This document shows positions 11,501 through 27,100 of a stretch of 38,449 nucleotides of DNA, piece after piece. The position numbers were made by a program, and so were the translations under genes. Source of the DNA: Chiloscyllium plagiosum (lineage: Eukaryota); assembly GCF_004010195.1 (NCBI RefSeq), contig NW_025214919.1:16552-55000 (forward strand), read 5' to 3'. The notes under the pieces are model-generated. The model saw nothing but the letters and a program-made list of their open reading frames with translations. It had not been told where the DNA came from and made no database searches. Every line of letters starts with the position of its first letter. Positions within the stretch are counted from its first letter, which is position 1.

Positions 11501-12143
11501 ATTGCTGGCATGCATTCAATGGTGGTGGGAGGTGGAATTGGTCTCATTCTGTGACGCTTATCTATTTACCTTTGAAAGAAATGTTCAAACGCATGTGGGA
11601 TTGGGACAGATGAGAGATATAGAAACTAGCCCTGCAGGGACAGGTATCAGGAAGCAGAGGCCACAGACCCAAACTAATGAGCAAACAAATCAAAACCGAC
11701 ATCAGGATACTCTTTTGGAAACTCCATGGAATTTGGGAATTGAGCCAGAAAAGACTCCATGGGCAGATTGTCCTGTTTCAGTGTGCAAATCCCCAAGTTA
11801 TGATCCTATTCAAAAATAAAACTAATACCTGTGGATGGTGGAAACGTACAACCTTCAGGACTTCACAGTGAGTTCAAACATTTTACAGCCTGAACACTTC
11901 TCCCCATGTCATTTACCCAAGAAATTATACCATAGGGAGCTTTCATATTGACACTCACTCGCCGTCCCCATGATCGCCCACTCGCGGTCCCCATGATCGC
12001 CCACTCGCCGTCCCCATGATCGTCCACTCGCAGTCTCCATTATCGCCCACTCGCCGTCCCCATGATCGCCCACTCGCCGTCCCCATGATCGTCCACTCGC
12101 AGTCCCCATTATCGCCCACTCGCCGTCCCCATGATCGCCCACT

Positions 12144-15100
12144 ACCCACTCGCAGTCCCCGTTAACACCCACTCGCAGTCCCCGTTATCACCCACTCGCA
12201 GTCCCCGTTAACACCCACTCGCAGTCCCCGTTAACACCCACTCGCAGTCCCCGTTAACACCCACTCGCAGTCCCCGTTAACACCCACTCGCAGTCCCCGT
12301 TAACACCCACTCGCAGTCCCCGTTAACACCCACTCGCAGTCCCCGTTAACACCCACTCGCAGTCCCCGTTAACACCCACTCGCAGTCCCCGTTAACACCC
12401 ACTCGCAGTCCCCGTTAACACCCACTCGCAGTCCCCGTTAACACCCACTCGCAGTCCCCGTTAACACCCACTCGCAGTCCCCGTTATCACCCACTCGCAG
12501 TCCCCGTTAACACCCACTCGCAGTCCCCGTTAACACCCACTCGCAGTCCCCGTTAACACCCACTCGCAGTCCCCGTTAACACCCACTCGCAGTCCCCGTT
12601 AACACCCACTCGCAGTCCCCGTTAACACCCACTCGCAGTCCCCGTTAACACCCACTCGCAGTCCCCGTTAACACCCACTCGCAGTCCCCGTTAACACCCA
12701 CTCGCAGTCCCCGTTAACACCCACTCGCAGTCCCCGTTAACACCCACTCGCAGTCCCCGTTAACACCCACTCGCAGTCCCCGTTATCACCCACTCGCAGT
12801 CCCCGTTAACACCCACTCGCAGTCCCCGTTAACACCCACTCGCAGTCCCCGTTAACACCCACTCGCAGTCCCCGTTAACACCCACTCGCAGTCCCCGTTA
12901 ACACCCACTCGCAGTCCCCGTTAACACCCACTCGCAGTCCCCGTTAACACCCACTCGCAGTCCCCGTTAACACCCACTCGCAGTCCCCGTTAACACCCAC
13001 TCGCAGTCCCCGTTAACACCCACTCGCAGTCCCCGTTAACACCCACTCGCAGTCCCCGTTAACACCCACTCGCAGTCCCCGTTATCACCCACTCGCAGTC
13101 CCCGTTAACACCCACTCGCAGTCCCCGTTAACACCCACTCGCAGTCCCCGTTAACACCCACTCGCAGTCCCCGTTAACACCCACTCGCAGTCCCCGTTAA
13201 CACCCACTCGCAGTCCCCGTTAACACCCACTCGCAGTCCCCGTTAACACCCACTCGCAGTCCCCGTTAACACCCACTCGCAGTCCCCGTTAACACCCACT
13301 CGCAGTCCCCGTTAACACCCACTCGCAGTCCCCGTTAACACCCACTCGCAGTCCCCGTTAACACCCACTCGCAGTCCCCGTTATCACCCACTCGCAGTCC
13401 CCGTTAACACCCACTCGCAGTCCCCGTTAACACCCACTCGCAGTCCCCGTTAACACCCACTCGCAGTCCCCGTTAACACCCACTCGCAGTCCCCGTTAAC
13501 ACCCACTCGCAGTCCCCGTTAACACCCACTCGCAGTCCCCGTTAACACCCACTCGCAGTCCCCGTTAACACCCACTCGCAGTCCCCGTTAACACCCACTC
13601 GCAGTCCCCGTTAACACCCACTCGCAGTCCCCGTTAACACCCACTCGCAGTCCCCGTTAACACCCACTCGCAGTCCCCGTTATCACCCACTCGCAGTCCC
13701 CGTTAACACCCACTCGCAGTCCCCGTTAACACCCACTCGCAGTCCCCGTTAACACCCACTCGCAGTCCCCGTTAACACCCACTCGCAGTCCCCGTTAACA
13801 CCCACTCGCAGTCCCCGTTAACACCCACTCGCAGTCCCCGTTAACACCCACTCGCAGTCCCCGTTAACACCCACTCGCAGTCCCCGTTAACACCCACTCG
13901 CAGTCCCCGTTAACACCCACTCGCAGTCCCCGTTAACACCCACTCGCAGTCCCCGTTAACACCCACTCGCAGTCCCCGTTATCACCCACTCGCAGTCCCC
14001 GTTAACACCCACTCGCAGTCCCCGTTAACACCCACTCGCAGTCCCCGTTAACACCCACTCGCAGTCCCCGTTAACACCCACTCGCAGTCCCCGTTAACAC
14101 CCACTCGCAGTCCCCGTTAACACCCACTCGCAGTCCCCGTTAACACCCACTCGCAGTCCCCGTTAACACCCACTCGCAGTCCCCGTTAACACCCACTCGC
14201 AGTCCCCGTTAACACCCACTCGCAGTCCCCGTTAACACCCACTCGCAGTCCCCGTTAACACCCACTCGCAGTCCCCGTTATCACCCACTCGCAGTCCCCG
14301 TTAACACCCACTCGCAGTCCCCGTTAACACCCACTCGCAGTCCCCGTTAACACCCACTCGCAGTCCCCGTTAACACCCACTCGCAGTCCCCGTTAACACC
14401 CACTCGCAGTCCCCGTTAACACCCACTCGCAGTCCCCGTTAACACCCACTCGCAGTCCCCGTTAACACCCACTCGCAGTCCCCGTTAACACCCACTCGCA
14501 GTCCCCGTTAACACCCACTCGCAGTCCCCGTTAACACCCACTCGCAGTCCCCGTTAACACCCACTCGCAGTCCCCGTTATCACCCACTCGCAGTCCCCGT
14601 TAACACCCACTCGCAGTCCCCGTTAACACCCACTCGCAGTCCCCGTTAACACCCACTCGCAGTCCCCGTTAACACCCACTCGCAGTCCCCGTTAACACCC
14701 ACTCGCAGTCCCCGTTAACACCCACTCGCAGTCCCCGTTAACACCCACTCGCAGTCCCCGTTAACACCCACTCGCAGTCCCCGTTAACACCCACTCGCAG
14801 TCCCCGTTAACACCCACTCGCAGTCCCCGTTAACACCCACTCGCAGTCCCCGTTAACACCCACTCGCAGTCCCCGTTATCACCCACTCGCAGTCCCCGTT
14901 AACACCCACTCGCAGTCCCCGTTAACACCCACTCGCAGTCCCCGTTAACACCCACTCGCAGTCCCCGTTAACACCCACTCGCAGTCCCCGTTAACACCCA
15001 CTCGCAGTCCCCGTTAACACCCACTCGCAGTCCCCGTTAACACCCACTCGCAGTCCCCGTTAACACCCACTCGCAGTCCCCGTTAACACCCACTCGCAGT

Positions 15101-18100
15101 CCCCGTTAACACCCACTCGCAGTCCCCGTTAACACCCACTCGCAGTCCCCGTTAACACCCACTCGCAGTCCCCGTTATCACCCACTCGCAGTCCCCGTTA
15201 ACACCCACTCGCAGTCCCCGTTAACACCCACTCGCAGTCCCCGTTAACACCCACTCGCAGTCCCCGTTAACACCCACTCGCAGTCCCCGTTAACACCCAC
15301 TCGCAGTCCCCGTTAACACCCACTCGCAGTCCCCGTTAACACCCACTCGCAGTCCCCGTTAACACCCACTCGCAGTCCCCGTTAACACCCACTCGCAGTC
15401 CCCGTTAACACCCACTCGCAGTCCCCGTTAACACCCACTCGCAGTCCCCGTTAACACCCACTCGCAGTCCCCGTTATCACCCACTCGCAGTCCCCGTTAA
15501 CACCCACTCGCAGTCCCCGTTAACACCCACTCGCAGTCCCCGTTAACACCCACTCGCAGTCCCCGTTAACACCCACTCGCAGTCCCCGTTAACACCCACT
15601 CGCAGTCCCCGTTAACACCCACTCGCAGTCCCCGTTAACACCCACTCGCAGTCCCCGTTAACACCCACTCGCAGTCCCCGTTAACACCCACTCGCAGTCC
15701 CCGTTAACACCCACTCGCAGTCCCCGTTAACACCCACTCGCAGTCCCCGTTAACACCCACTCGCAGTCCCCGTTATCACCCACTCGCAGTCCCCGTTAAC
15801 ACCCACTCGCAGTCCCCGTTAACACCCACTCGCAGTCCCCGTTAACACCCACTCGCAGTCCCCGTTAACACCCACTCGCAGTCCCCGTTAACACCCACTC
15901 GCAGTCCCCGTTAACACCCACTCGCAGTCCCCGTTAACACCCACTCGCAGTCCCCGTTAACACCCACTCGCAGTCCCCGTTAACACCCACTCGCAGTCCC
16001 CGTTAACACCCACTCGCAGTCCCCGTTAACACCCACTCGCAGTCCCCGTTAACACCCACTCGCAGTCCCCGTTATCACCCACTCGCAGTCCCCGTTAACA
16101 CCCACTCGCAGTCCCCGTTAACACCCACTCGCAGTCCCCGTTAACACCCACTCGCAGTCCCCGTTAACACCCACTCGCAGTCCCCGTTAACACCCACTCG
16201 CAGTCCCCGTTAACACCCACTCGCAGTCCCCGTTAACACCCACTCGCAGTCCCCGTTAACACCCACTCGCAGTCCCCGTTAACACCCACTCGCAGTCCCC
16301 GTTAACACCCACTCGCAGTCCCCGTTAACACCCACTCGCAGTCCCCGTTAACACCCACTCGCAGTCCCCGTTATCACCCACTCGCAGTCCCCGTTAACAC
16401 CCACTCGCAGTCCCCGTTAACACCCACTCGCAGTCCCCGTTAACACCCACTCGCAGTCCCCGTTAACACCCACTCGCAGTCCCCGTTAACACCCACTCGC
16501 AGTCCCCGTTAACACCCACTCGCAGTCCCCGTTAACACCCACTCGCAGTCCCCGTTAACACCCACTCGCAGTCCCCGTTAACACCCACTCGCAGTCCCCG
16601 TTAACACCCACTCGCAGTCCCCGTTAACACCCACTCGCAGTCCCCGTTAACACCCACTCGCAGTCCCCGTTATCACCCACTCGCAGTCCCCGTTAACACC
16701 CACTCGCAGTCCCCGTTAACACCCACTCGCAGTCCCCGTTAACACCCACTCGCAGTCCCCGTTAACACCCACTCGCAGTCCCCGTTAACACCCACTCGCA
16801 GTCCCCGTTAACACCCACTCGCAGTCCCCGTTAACACCCACTCGCAGTCCCCGTTAACACCCACTCGCAGTCCCCGTTAACACCCACTCGCAGTCCCCGT
16901 TAACACCCACTCGCAGTCCCCGTTAACACCCACTCGCAGTCCCCGTTAACACCCACTCGCAGTCCCCGTTATCACCCACTCGCAGTCCCCGTTAACACCC
17001 ACTCGCAGTCCCCGTTAACACCCACTCGCAGTCCCCGTTAACACCCACTCGCAGTCCCCGTTAACACCCACTCGCAGTCCCCGTTAACACCCACTCGCAG
17101 TCCCCGTTAACACCCACTCGCAGTCCCCGTTAACACCCACTCGCAGTCCCCGTTAACACCCACTCGCAGTCCCCGTTAACACCCACTCGCAGTCCCCGTT
17201 AACACCCACTCGCAGTCCCCGTTAACACCCACTCGCAGTCCCCGTTAACACCCACTCGCAGTCCCCGTTATCACCCACTCGCAGTCCCCGTTAACACCCA
17301 CTCGCAGTCCCCGTTAACACCCACTCGCAGTCCCCGTTAACACCCACTCGCAGTCCCCGTTAACACCCACTCGCAGTCCCCGTTAACACCCACTCGCAGT
17401 CCCCGTTAACACCCACTCGCAGTCCCCGTTAACACCCACTCGCAGTCCCCGTTAACACCCACTCGCAGTCCCCGTTAACACCCACTCGCAGTCCCCGTTA
17501 ACACCCACTCGCAGTCCCCGTTAACACCCACTCGCAGTCCCCGTTAACACCCACTCGCAGTCCCCGTTATCACCCACTCGCAGTCCCCGTTAACACCCAC
17601 TCGCAGTCCCCGTTAACACCCACTCGCAGTCCCCGTTAACACCCACTCGCAGTCCCCGTTAACACCCACTCGCAGTCCCCGTTAACACCCACTCGCAGTC
17701 CCCGTTAACACCCACTCGCAGTCCCCGTTAACACCCACTCGCAGTCCCCGTTAACACCCACTCGCAGTCCCCGTTAACACCCACTCGCAGTCCCCGTTAA
17801 CACCCACTCGCAGTCCCCGTTAACACCCACTCGCAGTCCCCGTTAACACCCACTCGCAGTCCCCGTTATCACCCACTCGCAGTCCCCGTTAACACCCACT
17901 CGCAGTCCCCGTTAACACCCACTCGCAGTCCCCGTTAACACCCACTCGCAGTCCCCGTTAACACCCACTCGCAGTCCCCGTTAACACCCACTCGCAGTCC
18001 CCGTTAACACCCACTCGCAGTCCCCGTTAACACCCACTCGCAGTCCCCGTTAACACCCACTCGCAGTCCCCGTTAACACCCACTCGCAGTCCCCGTTAAC

Positions 18101-21100
18101 ACCCACTCGCAGTCCCCGTTAACACCCACTCGCAGTCCCCGTTAACACCCACTCGCAGTCCCCGTTATCACCCACTCGCAGTCCCCGTTAACACCCACTC
18201 GCAGTCCCCGTTAACACCCACTCGCAGTCCCCGTTAACACCCACTCGCAGTCCCCGTTAACACCCACTCGCAGTCCCCGTTAACACCCACTCGCAGTCCC
18301 CGTTAACACCCACTCGCAGTCCCCGTTAACACCCACTCGCAGTCCCCGTTAACACCCACTCGCAGTCCCCGTTAACACCCACTCGCAGTCCCCGTTAACA
18401 CCCACTCGCAGTCCCCGTTAACACCCACTCGCAGTCCCCGTTAACACCCACTCGCAGTCCCCGTTATCACCCACTCGCAGTCCCCGTTAACACCCACTCG
18501 CAGTCCCCGTTAACACCCACTCGCAGTCCCCGTTAACACCCACTCGCAGTCCCCGTTAACACCCACTCGCAGTCCCCGTTAACACCCACTCGCAGTCCCC
18601 GTTAACACCCACTCGCAGTCCCCGTTAACACCCACTCGCAGTCCCCGTTAACACCCACTCGCAGTCCCCGTTAACACCCACTCGCAGTCCCCGTTAACAC
18701 CCACTCGCAGTCCCCGTTAACACCCACTCGCAGTCCCCGTTAACACCCACTCGCAGTCCCCGTTATCACCCACTCGCAGTCCCCGTTAACACCCACTCGC
18801 AGTCCCCGTTAACACCCACTCGCAGTCCCCGTTAACACCCACTCGCAGTCCCCGTTAACACCCACTCGCAGTCCCCGTTAACACCCACTCGCAGTCCCCG
18901 TTAACACCCACTCGCAGTCCCCGTTAACACCCACTCGCAGTCCCCGTTAACACCCACTCGCAGTCCCCGTTAACACCCACTCGCAGTCCCCGTTAACACC
19001 CACTCGCAGTCCCCGTTAACACCCACTCGCAGTCCCCGTTAACACCCACTCGCAGTCCCCGTTATCACCCACTCGCAGTCCCCGTTAACACCCACTCGCA
19101 GTCCCCGTTAACACCCACTCGCAGTCCCCGTTAACACCCACTCGCAGTCCCCGTTAACACCCACTCGCAGTCCCCGTTAACACCCACTCGCAGTCCCCGT
19201 TAACACCCACTCGCAGTCCCCGTTAACACCCACTCGCAGTCCCCGTTAACACCCACTCGCAGTCCCCGTTAACACCCACTCGCAGTCCCCGTTAACACCC
19301 ACTCGCAGTCCCCGTTAACACCCACTCGCAGTCCCCGTTAACACCCACTCGCAGTCCCCGTTATCACCCACTCGCAGTCCCCGTTAACACCCACTCGCAG
19401 TCCCCGTTAACACCCACTCGCAGTCCCCGTTAACACCCACTCGCAGTCCCCGTTAACACCCACTCGCAGTCCCCGTTAACACCCACTCGCAGTCCCCGTT
19501 AACACCCACTCGCAGTCCCCGTTAACACCCACTCGCAGTCCCCGTTAACACCCACTCGCAGTCCCCGTTAACACCCACTCGCAGTCCCCGTTAACACCCA
19601 CTCGCAGTCCCCGTTAACACCCACTCGCAGTCCCCGTTAACACCCACTCGCAGTCCCCGTTATCACCCACTCGCAGTCCCCGTTAACACCCACTCGCAGT
19701 CCCCGTTAACACCCACTCGCAGTCCCCGTTAACACCCACTCGCAGTCCCCGTTAACACCCACTCGCAGTCCCCGTTAACACCCACTCGCAGTCCCCGTTA
19801 ACACCCACTCGCAGTCCCCGTTAACACCCACTCGCAGTCCCCGTTAACACCCACTCGCAGTCCCCGTTAACACCCACTCGCAGTCCCCGTTAACACCCAC
19901 TCGCAGTCCCCGTTAACACCCACTCGCAGTCCCCGTTAACACCCACTCGCAGTCCCCGTTATCACCCACTCGCAGTCCCCGTTAACACCCACTCGCAGTC
20001 CCCGTTAACACCCACTCGCAGTCCCCGTTAACACCCACTCGCAGTCCCCGTTAACACCCACTCGCAGTCCCCGTTAACACCCACTCGCAGTCCCCGTTAA
20101 CACCCACTCGCAGTCCCCGTTAACACCCACTCGCAGTCCCCGTTAACACCCACTCGCAGTCCCCGTTAACACCCACTCGCAGTCCCCGTTAACACCCACT
20201 CGCAGTCCCCGTTAACACCCACTCGCAGTCCCCGTTAACACCCACTCGCAGTCCCCGTTATCACCCACTCGCAGTCCCCGTTAACACCCACTCGCAGTCC
20301 CCGTTAACACCCACTCGCAGTCCCCGTTAACACCCACTCGCAGTCCCCGTTAACACCCACTCGCAGTCCCCGTTAACACCCACTCGCAGTCCCCGTTAAC
20401 ACCCACTCGCAGTCCCCGTTAACACCCACTCGCAGTCCCCGTTAACACCCACTCGCAGTCCCCGTTAACACCCACTCGCAGTCCCCGTTAACACCCACTC
20501 GCAGTCCCCGTTAACACCCACTCGCAGTCCCCGTTAACACCCACTCGCAGTCCCCGTTATCACCCACTCGCAGTCCCCGTTAACACCCACTCGCAGTCCC
20601 CGTTAACACCCACTCGCAGTCCCCGTTAACACCCACTCGCAGTCCCCGTTAACACCCACTCGCAGTCCCCGTTAACACCCACTCGCAGTCCCCGTTAACA
20701 CCCACTCGCAGTCCCCGTTAACACCCACTCGCAGTCCCCGTTAACACCCACTCGCAGTCCCCGTTAACACCCACTCGCAGTCCCCGTTAACACCCACTCG
20801 CAGTCCCCGTTAACACCCACTCGCAGTCCCCGTTAACACCCACTCGCAGTCCCCGTTATCACCCACTCGCAGTCCCCGTTAACACCCACTCGCAGTCCCC
20901 GTTAACACCCACTCGCAGTCCCCGTTAACACCCACTCGCAGTCCCCGTTAACACCCACTCGCAGTCCCCGTTAACACCCACTCGCAGTCCCCGTTAACAC
21001 CCACTCGCAGTCCCCGTTAACACCCACTCGCAGTCCCCGTTAACACCCACTCGCAGTCCCCGTTAACACCCACTCGCAGTCCCCGTTAACACCCACTCGC

Positions 21101-24100
21101 AGTCCCCGTTAACACCCACTCGCAGTCCCCGTTAACACCCACTCGCAGTCCCCGTTATCACCCACTCGCAGTCCCCGTTAACACCCACTCGCAGTCCCCG
21201 TTAACACCCACTCGCAGTCCCCGTTAACACCCACTCGCAGTCCCCGTTAACACCCACTCGCAGTCCCCGTTAACACCCACTCGCAGTCCCCGTTAACACC
21301 CACTCGCAGTCCCCGTTAACACCCACTCGCAGTCCCCGTTAACACCCACTCGCAGTCCCCGTTAACACCCACTCGCAGTCCCCGTTAACACCCACTCGCA
21401 GTCCCCGTTAACACCCACTCGCAGTCCCCGTTAACACCCACTCGCAGTCCCCGTTATCACCCACTCGCAGTCCCCGTTAACACCCACTCGCAGTCCCCGT
21501 TAACACCCACTCGCAGTCCCCGTTAACACCCACTCGCAGTCCCCGTTAACACCCACTCGCAGTCCCCGTTAACACCCACTCGCAGTCCCCGTTAACACCC
21601 ACTCGCAGTCCCCGTTAACACCCACTCGCAGTCCCCGTTAACACCCACTCGCAGTCCCCGTTAACACCCACTCGCAGTCCCCGTTAACACCCACTCGCAG
21701 TCCCCGTTAACACCCACTCGCAGTCCCCGTTAACACCCACTCGCAGTCCCCGTTATCACCCACTCGCAGTCCCCGTTAACACCCACTCGCAGTCCCCGTT
21801 AACACCCACTCGCAGTCCCCGTTAACACCCACTCGCAGTCCCCGTTAACACCCACTCGCAGTCCCCGTTAACACCCACTCGCAGTCCCCGTTAACACCCA
21901 CTCGCAGTCCCCGTTAACACCCACTCGCAGTCCCCGTTAACACCCACTCGCAGTCCCCGTTAACACCCACTCGCAGTCCCCGTTAACACCCACTCGCAGT
22001 CCCCGTTAACACCCACTCGCAGTCCCCGTTAACACCCACTCGCAGTCCCCGTTATCACCCACTCGCAGTCCCCGTTAACACCCACTCGCAGTCCCCGTTA
22101 ACACCCACTCGCAGTCCCCGTTAACACCCACTCGCAGTCCCCGTTAACACCCACTCGCAGTCCCCGTTAACACCCACTCGCAGTCCCCGTTAACACCCAC
22201 TCGCAGTCCCCGTTAACACCCACTCGCAGTCCCCGTTAACACCCACTCGCAGTCCCCGTTAACACCCACTCGCAGTCCCCGTTAACACCCACTCGCAGTC
22301 CCCGTTAACACCCACTCGCAGTCCCCGTTAACACCCACTCGCAGTCCCCGTTATCACCCACTCGCAGTCCCCGTTAACACCCACTCGCAGTCCCCGTTAA
22401 CACCCACTCGCAGTCCCCGTTAACACCCACTCGCAGTCCCCGTTAACACCCACTCGCAGTCCCCGTTAACACCCACTCGCAGTCCCCGTTAACACCCACT
22501 CGCAGTCCCCGTTAACACCCACTCGCAGTCCCCGTTAACACCCACTCGCAGTCCCCGTTAACACCCACTCGCAGTCCCCGTTAACACCCACTCGCAGTCC
22601 CCGTTAACACCCACTCGCAGTCCCCGTTAACACCCACTCGCAGTCCCCGTTATCACCCACTCGCAGTCCCCGTTAACACCCACTCGCAGTCCCCGTTAAC
22701 ACCCACTCGCAGTCCCCGTTAACACCCACTCGCAGTCCCCGTTAACACCCACTCGCAGTCCCCGTTAACACCCACTCGCAGTCCCCGTTAACACCCACTC
22801 GCAGTCCCCGTTAACACCCACTCGCAGTCCCCGTTAACACCCACTCGCAGTCCCCGTTAACACCCACTCGCAGTCCCCGTTAACACCCACTCGCAGTCCC
22901 CGTTAACACCCACTCGCAGTCCCCGTTAACACCCACTCGCAGTCCCCGTTATCACCCACTCGCAGTCCCCGTTAACACCCACTCGCAGTCCCCGTTAACA
23001 CCCACTCGCAGTCCCCGTTAACACCCACTCGCAGTCCCCGTTAACACCCACTCGCAGTCCCCGTTAACACCCACTCGCAGTCCCCGTTAACACCCACTCG
23101 CAGTCCCCGTTAACACCCACTCGCAGTCCCCGTTAACACCCACTCGCAGTCCCCGTTAACACCCACTCGCAGTCCCCGTTAACACCCACTCGCAGTCCCC
23201 GTTAACACCCACTCGCAGTCCCCGTTAACACCCACTCGCAGTCCCCGTTATCACCCACTCGCAGTCCCCGTTAACACCCACTCGCAGTCCCCGTTAACAC
23301 CCACTCGCAGTCCCCGTTAACACCCACTCGCAGTCCCCGTTAACACCCACTCGCAGTCCCCGTTAACACCCACTCGCAGTCCCCGTTAACACCCACTCGC
23401 AGTCCCCGTTAACACCCACTCGCAGTCCCCGTTAACACCCACTCGCAGTCCCCGTTAACACCCACTCGCAGTCCCCGTTAACACCCACTCGCAGTCCCCG
23501 TTAACACCCACTCGCAGTCCCCGTTAACACCCACTCGCAGTCCCCGTTATCACCCACTCGCAGTCCCCGTTAACACCCACTCGCAGTCCCCGTTAACACC
23601 CACTCGCAGTCCCCGTTAACACCCACTCGCAGTCCCCGTTAACACCCACTCGCAGTCCCCGTTAACACCCACTCGCAGTCCCCGTTAACACCCACTCGCA
23701 GTCCCCGTTAACACCCACTCGCAGTCCCCGTTAACACCCACTCGCAGTCCCCGTTAACACCCACTCGCAGTCCCCGTTAACACCCACTCGCAGTCCCCGT
23801 TAACACCCACTCGCAGTCCCCGTTAACACCCACTCGCAGTCCCCGTTATCACCCACTCGCAGTCCCCGTTAACACCCACTCGCAGTCCCCGTTAACACCC
23901 ACTCGCAGTCCCCGTTAACACCCACTCGCAGTCCCCGTTAACACCCACTCGCAGTCCCCGTTAACACCCACTCGCAGTCCCCGTTAACACCCACTCGCAG
24001 TCCCCGTTAACACCCACTCGCAGTCCCCGTTAACACCCACTCGCAGTCCCCGTTAACACCCACTCGCAGTCCCCGTTAACACCCACTCGCAGTCCCCGTT

Positions 24101-27100
24101 AACACCCACTCGCAGTCCCCGTTAACACCCACTCGCAGTCCCCGTTATCACCCACTCGCAGTCCCCGTTAACACCCACTCGCAGTCCCCGTTAACACCCA
24201 CTCGCAGTCCCCGTTAACACCCACTCGCAGTCCCCGTTAACACCCACTCGCAGTCCCCGTTAACACCCACTCGCAGTCCCCGTTAACACCCACTCGCAGT
24301 CCCCGTTAACACCCACTCGCAGTCCCCGTTAACACCCACTCGCAGTCCCCGTTAACACCCACTCGCAGTCCCCGTTAACACCCACTCGCAGTCCCCGTTA
24401 ACACCCACTCGCAGTCCCCGTTAACACCCACTCGCAGTCCCCGTTATCACCCACTCGCAGTCCCCGTTAACACCCACTCGCAGTCCCCGTTAACACCCAC
24501 TCGCAGTCCCCGTTAACACCCACTCGCAGTCCCCGTTAACACCCACTCGCAGTCCCCGTTAACACCCACTCGCAGTCCCCGTTAACACCCACTCGCAGTC
24601 CCCGTTAACACCCACTCGCAGTCCCCGTTAACACCCACTCGCAGTCCCCGTTAACACCCACTCGCAGTCCCCGTTAACACCCACTCGCAGTCCCCGTTAA
24701 CACCCACTCGCAGTCCCCGTTAACACCCACTCGCAGTCCCCGTTATCACCCACTCGCAGTCCCCGTTAACACCCACTCGCAGTCCCCGTTAACACCCACT
24801 CGCAGTCCCCGTTAACACCCACTCGCAGTCCCCGTTAACACCCACTCGCAGTCCCCGTTAACACCCACTCGCAGTCCCCGTTAACACCCACTCGCAGTCC
24901 CCGTTAACACCCACTCGCAGTCCCCGTTAACACCCACTCGCAGTCCCCGTTAACACCCACTCGCAGTCCCCGTTAACACCCACTCGCAGTCCCCGTTAAC
25001 ACCCACTCGCAGTCCCCGTTAACACCCACTCGCAGTCCCCGTTATCACCCACTCGCAGTCCCCGTTAACACCCACTCGCAGTCCCCGTTAACACCCACTC
25101 GCAGTCCCCGTTAACACCCACTCGCAGTCCCCGTTAACACCCACTCGCAGTCCCCGTTAACACCCACTCGCAGTCCCCGTTAACACCCACTCGCAGTCCC
25201 CGTTAACACCCACTCGCAGTCCCCGTTAACACCCACTCGCAGTCCCCGTTAACACCCACTCGCAGTCCCCGTTAACACCCACTCGCAGTCCCCGTTAACA
25301 CCCACTCGCAGTCCCCGTTAACACCCACTCGCAGTCCCCGTTATCACCCACTCGCAGTCCCCGTTAACACCCACTCGCAGTCCCCGTTAACACCCACTCG
25401 CAGTCCCCGTTAACACCCACTCGCAGTCCCCGTTAACACCCACTCGCAGTCCCCGTTAACACCCACTCGCAGTCCCCGTTAACACCCACTCGCAGTCCCC
25501 GTTAACACCCACTCGCAGTCCCCGTTAACACCCACTCGCAGTCCCCGTTAACACCCACTCGCAGTCCCCGTTAACACCCACTCGCAGTCCCCGTTAACAC
25601 CCACTCGCAGTCCCCGTTAACACCCACTCGCAGTCCCCGTTATCACCCACTCGCAGTCCCCGTTAACACCCACTCGCAGTCCCCGTTAACACCCACTCGC
25701 AGTCCCCGTTAACACCCACTCGCAGTCCCCGTTAACACCCACTCGCAGTCCCCGTTAACACCCACTCGCAGTCCCCGTTAACACCCACTCGCAGTCCCCG
25801 TTAACACCCACTCGCAGTCCCCGTTAACACCCACTCGCAGTCCCCGTTAACACCCACTCGCAGTCCCCGTTAACACCCACTCGCAGTCCCCGTTAACACC
25901 CACTCGCAGTCCCCGTTAACACCCACTCGCAGTCCCCGTTATCACCCACTCGCAGTCCCCGTTAACACCCACTCGCAGTCCCCGTTAACACCCACTCGCA
26001 GTCCCCGTTAACACCCACTCGCAGTCCCCGTTAACACCCACTCGCAGTCCCCGTTAACACCCACTCGCAGTCCCCGTTAACACCCACTCGCAGTCCCCGT
26101 TAACACCCACTCGCAGTCCCCGTTAACACCCACTCGCAGTCCCCGTTAACACCCACTCGCAGTCCCCGTTAACACCCACTCGCAGTCCCCGTTAACACCC
26201 ACTCGCAGTCCCCGTTAACACCCACTCGCAGTCCCCGTTATCACCCACTCGCAGTCCCCGTTAACACCCACTCGCAGTCCCCGTTAACACCCACTCGCAG
26301 TCCCCGTTAACACCCACTCGCAGTCCCCGTTAACACCCACTCGCAGTCCCCGTTAACACCCACTCGCAGTCCCCGTTAACACCCACTCGCAGTCCCCGTT
26401 AACACCCACTCGCAGTCCCCGTTAACACCCACTCGCAGTCCCCGTTAACACCCACTCGCAGTCCCCGTTAACACCCACTCGCAGTCCCCGTTAACACCCA
26501 CTCGCAGTCCCCGTTAACACCCACTCGCAGTCCCCGTTATCACCCACTCGCAGTCCCCGTTAACACCCACTCGCAGTCCCCGTTAACACCCACTCGCAGT
26601 CCCCGTTAACACCCACTCGCAGTCCCCGTTAACACCCACTCGCAGTCCCCGTTAACACCCACTCGCAGTCCCCGTTAACACCCACTCGCAGTCCCCGTTA
26701 ACACCCACTCGCAGTCCCCGTTAACACCCACTCGCAGTCCCCGTTAACACCCACTCGCAGTCCCCGTTAACACCCACTCGCAGTCCCCGTTAACACCCAC
26801 TCGCAGTCCCCGTTAACACCCACTCGCAGTCCCCGTTATCACCCACTCGCAGTCCCCGTTAACACCCACTCGCAGTCCCCGTTAACACCCACTCGCAGTC
26901 CCCGTTAACACCCACTCGCAGTCCCCGTTAACACCCACTCGCAGTCCCCGTTAACACCCACTCGCAGTCCCCGTTAACACCCACTCGCAGTCCCCGTTAA
27001 CACCCACTCGCAGTCCCCGTTAACACCCACTCGCAGTCCCCGTTAACACCCACTCGCAGTCCCCGTTAACACCCACTCGCAGTCCCCGTTAACACCCACT

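Noticed and set aside
11502..11871. 105-aa and 64-aa ORFs just left of the array
   Set aside because: No recognisable domain, weak start context and no exon evidence.
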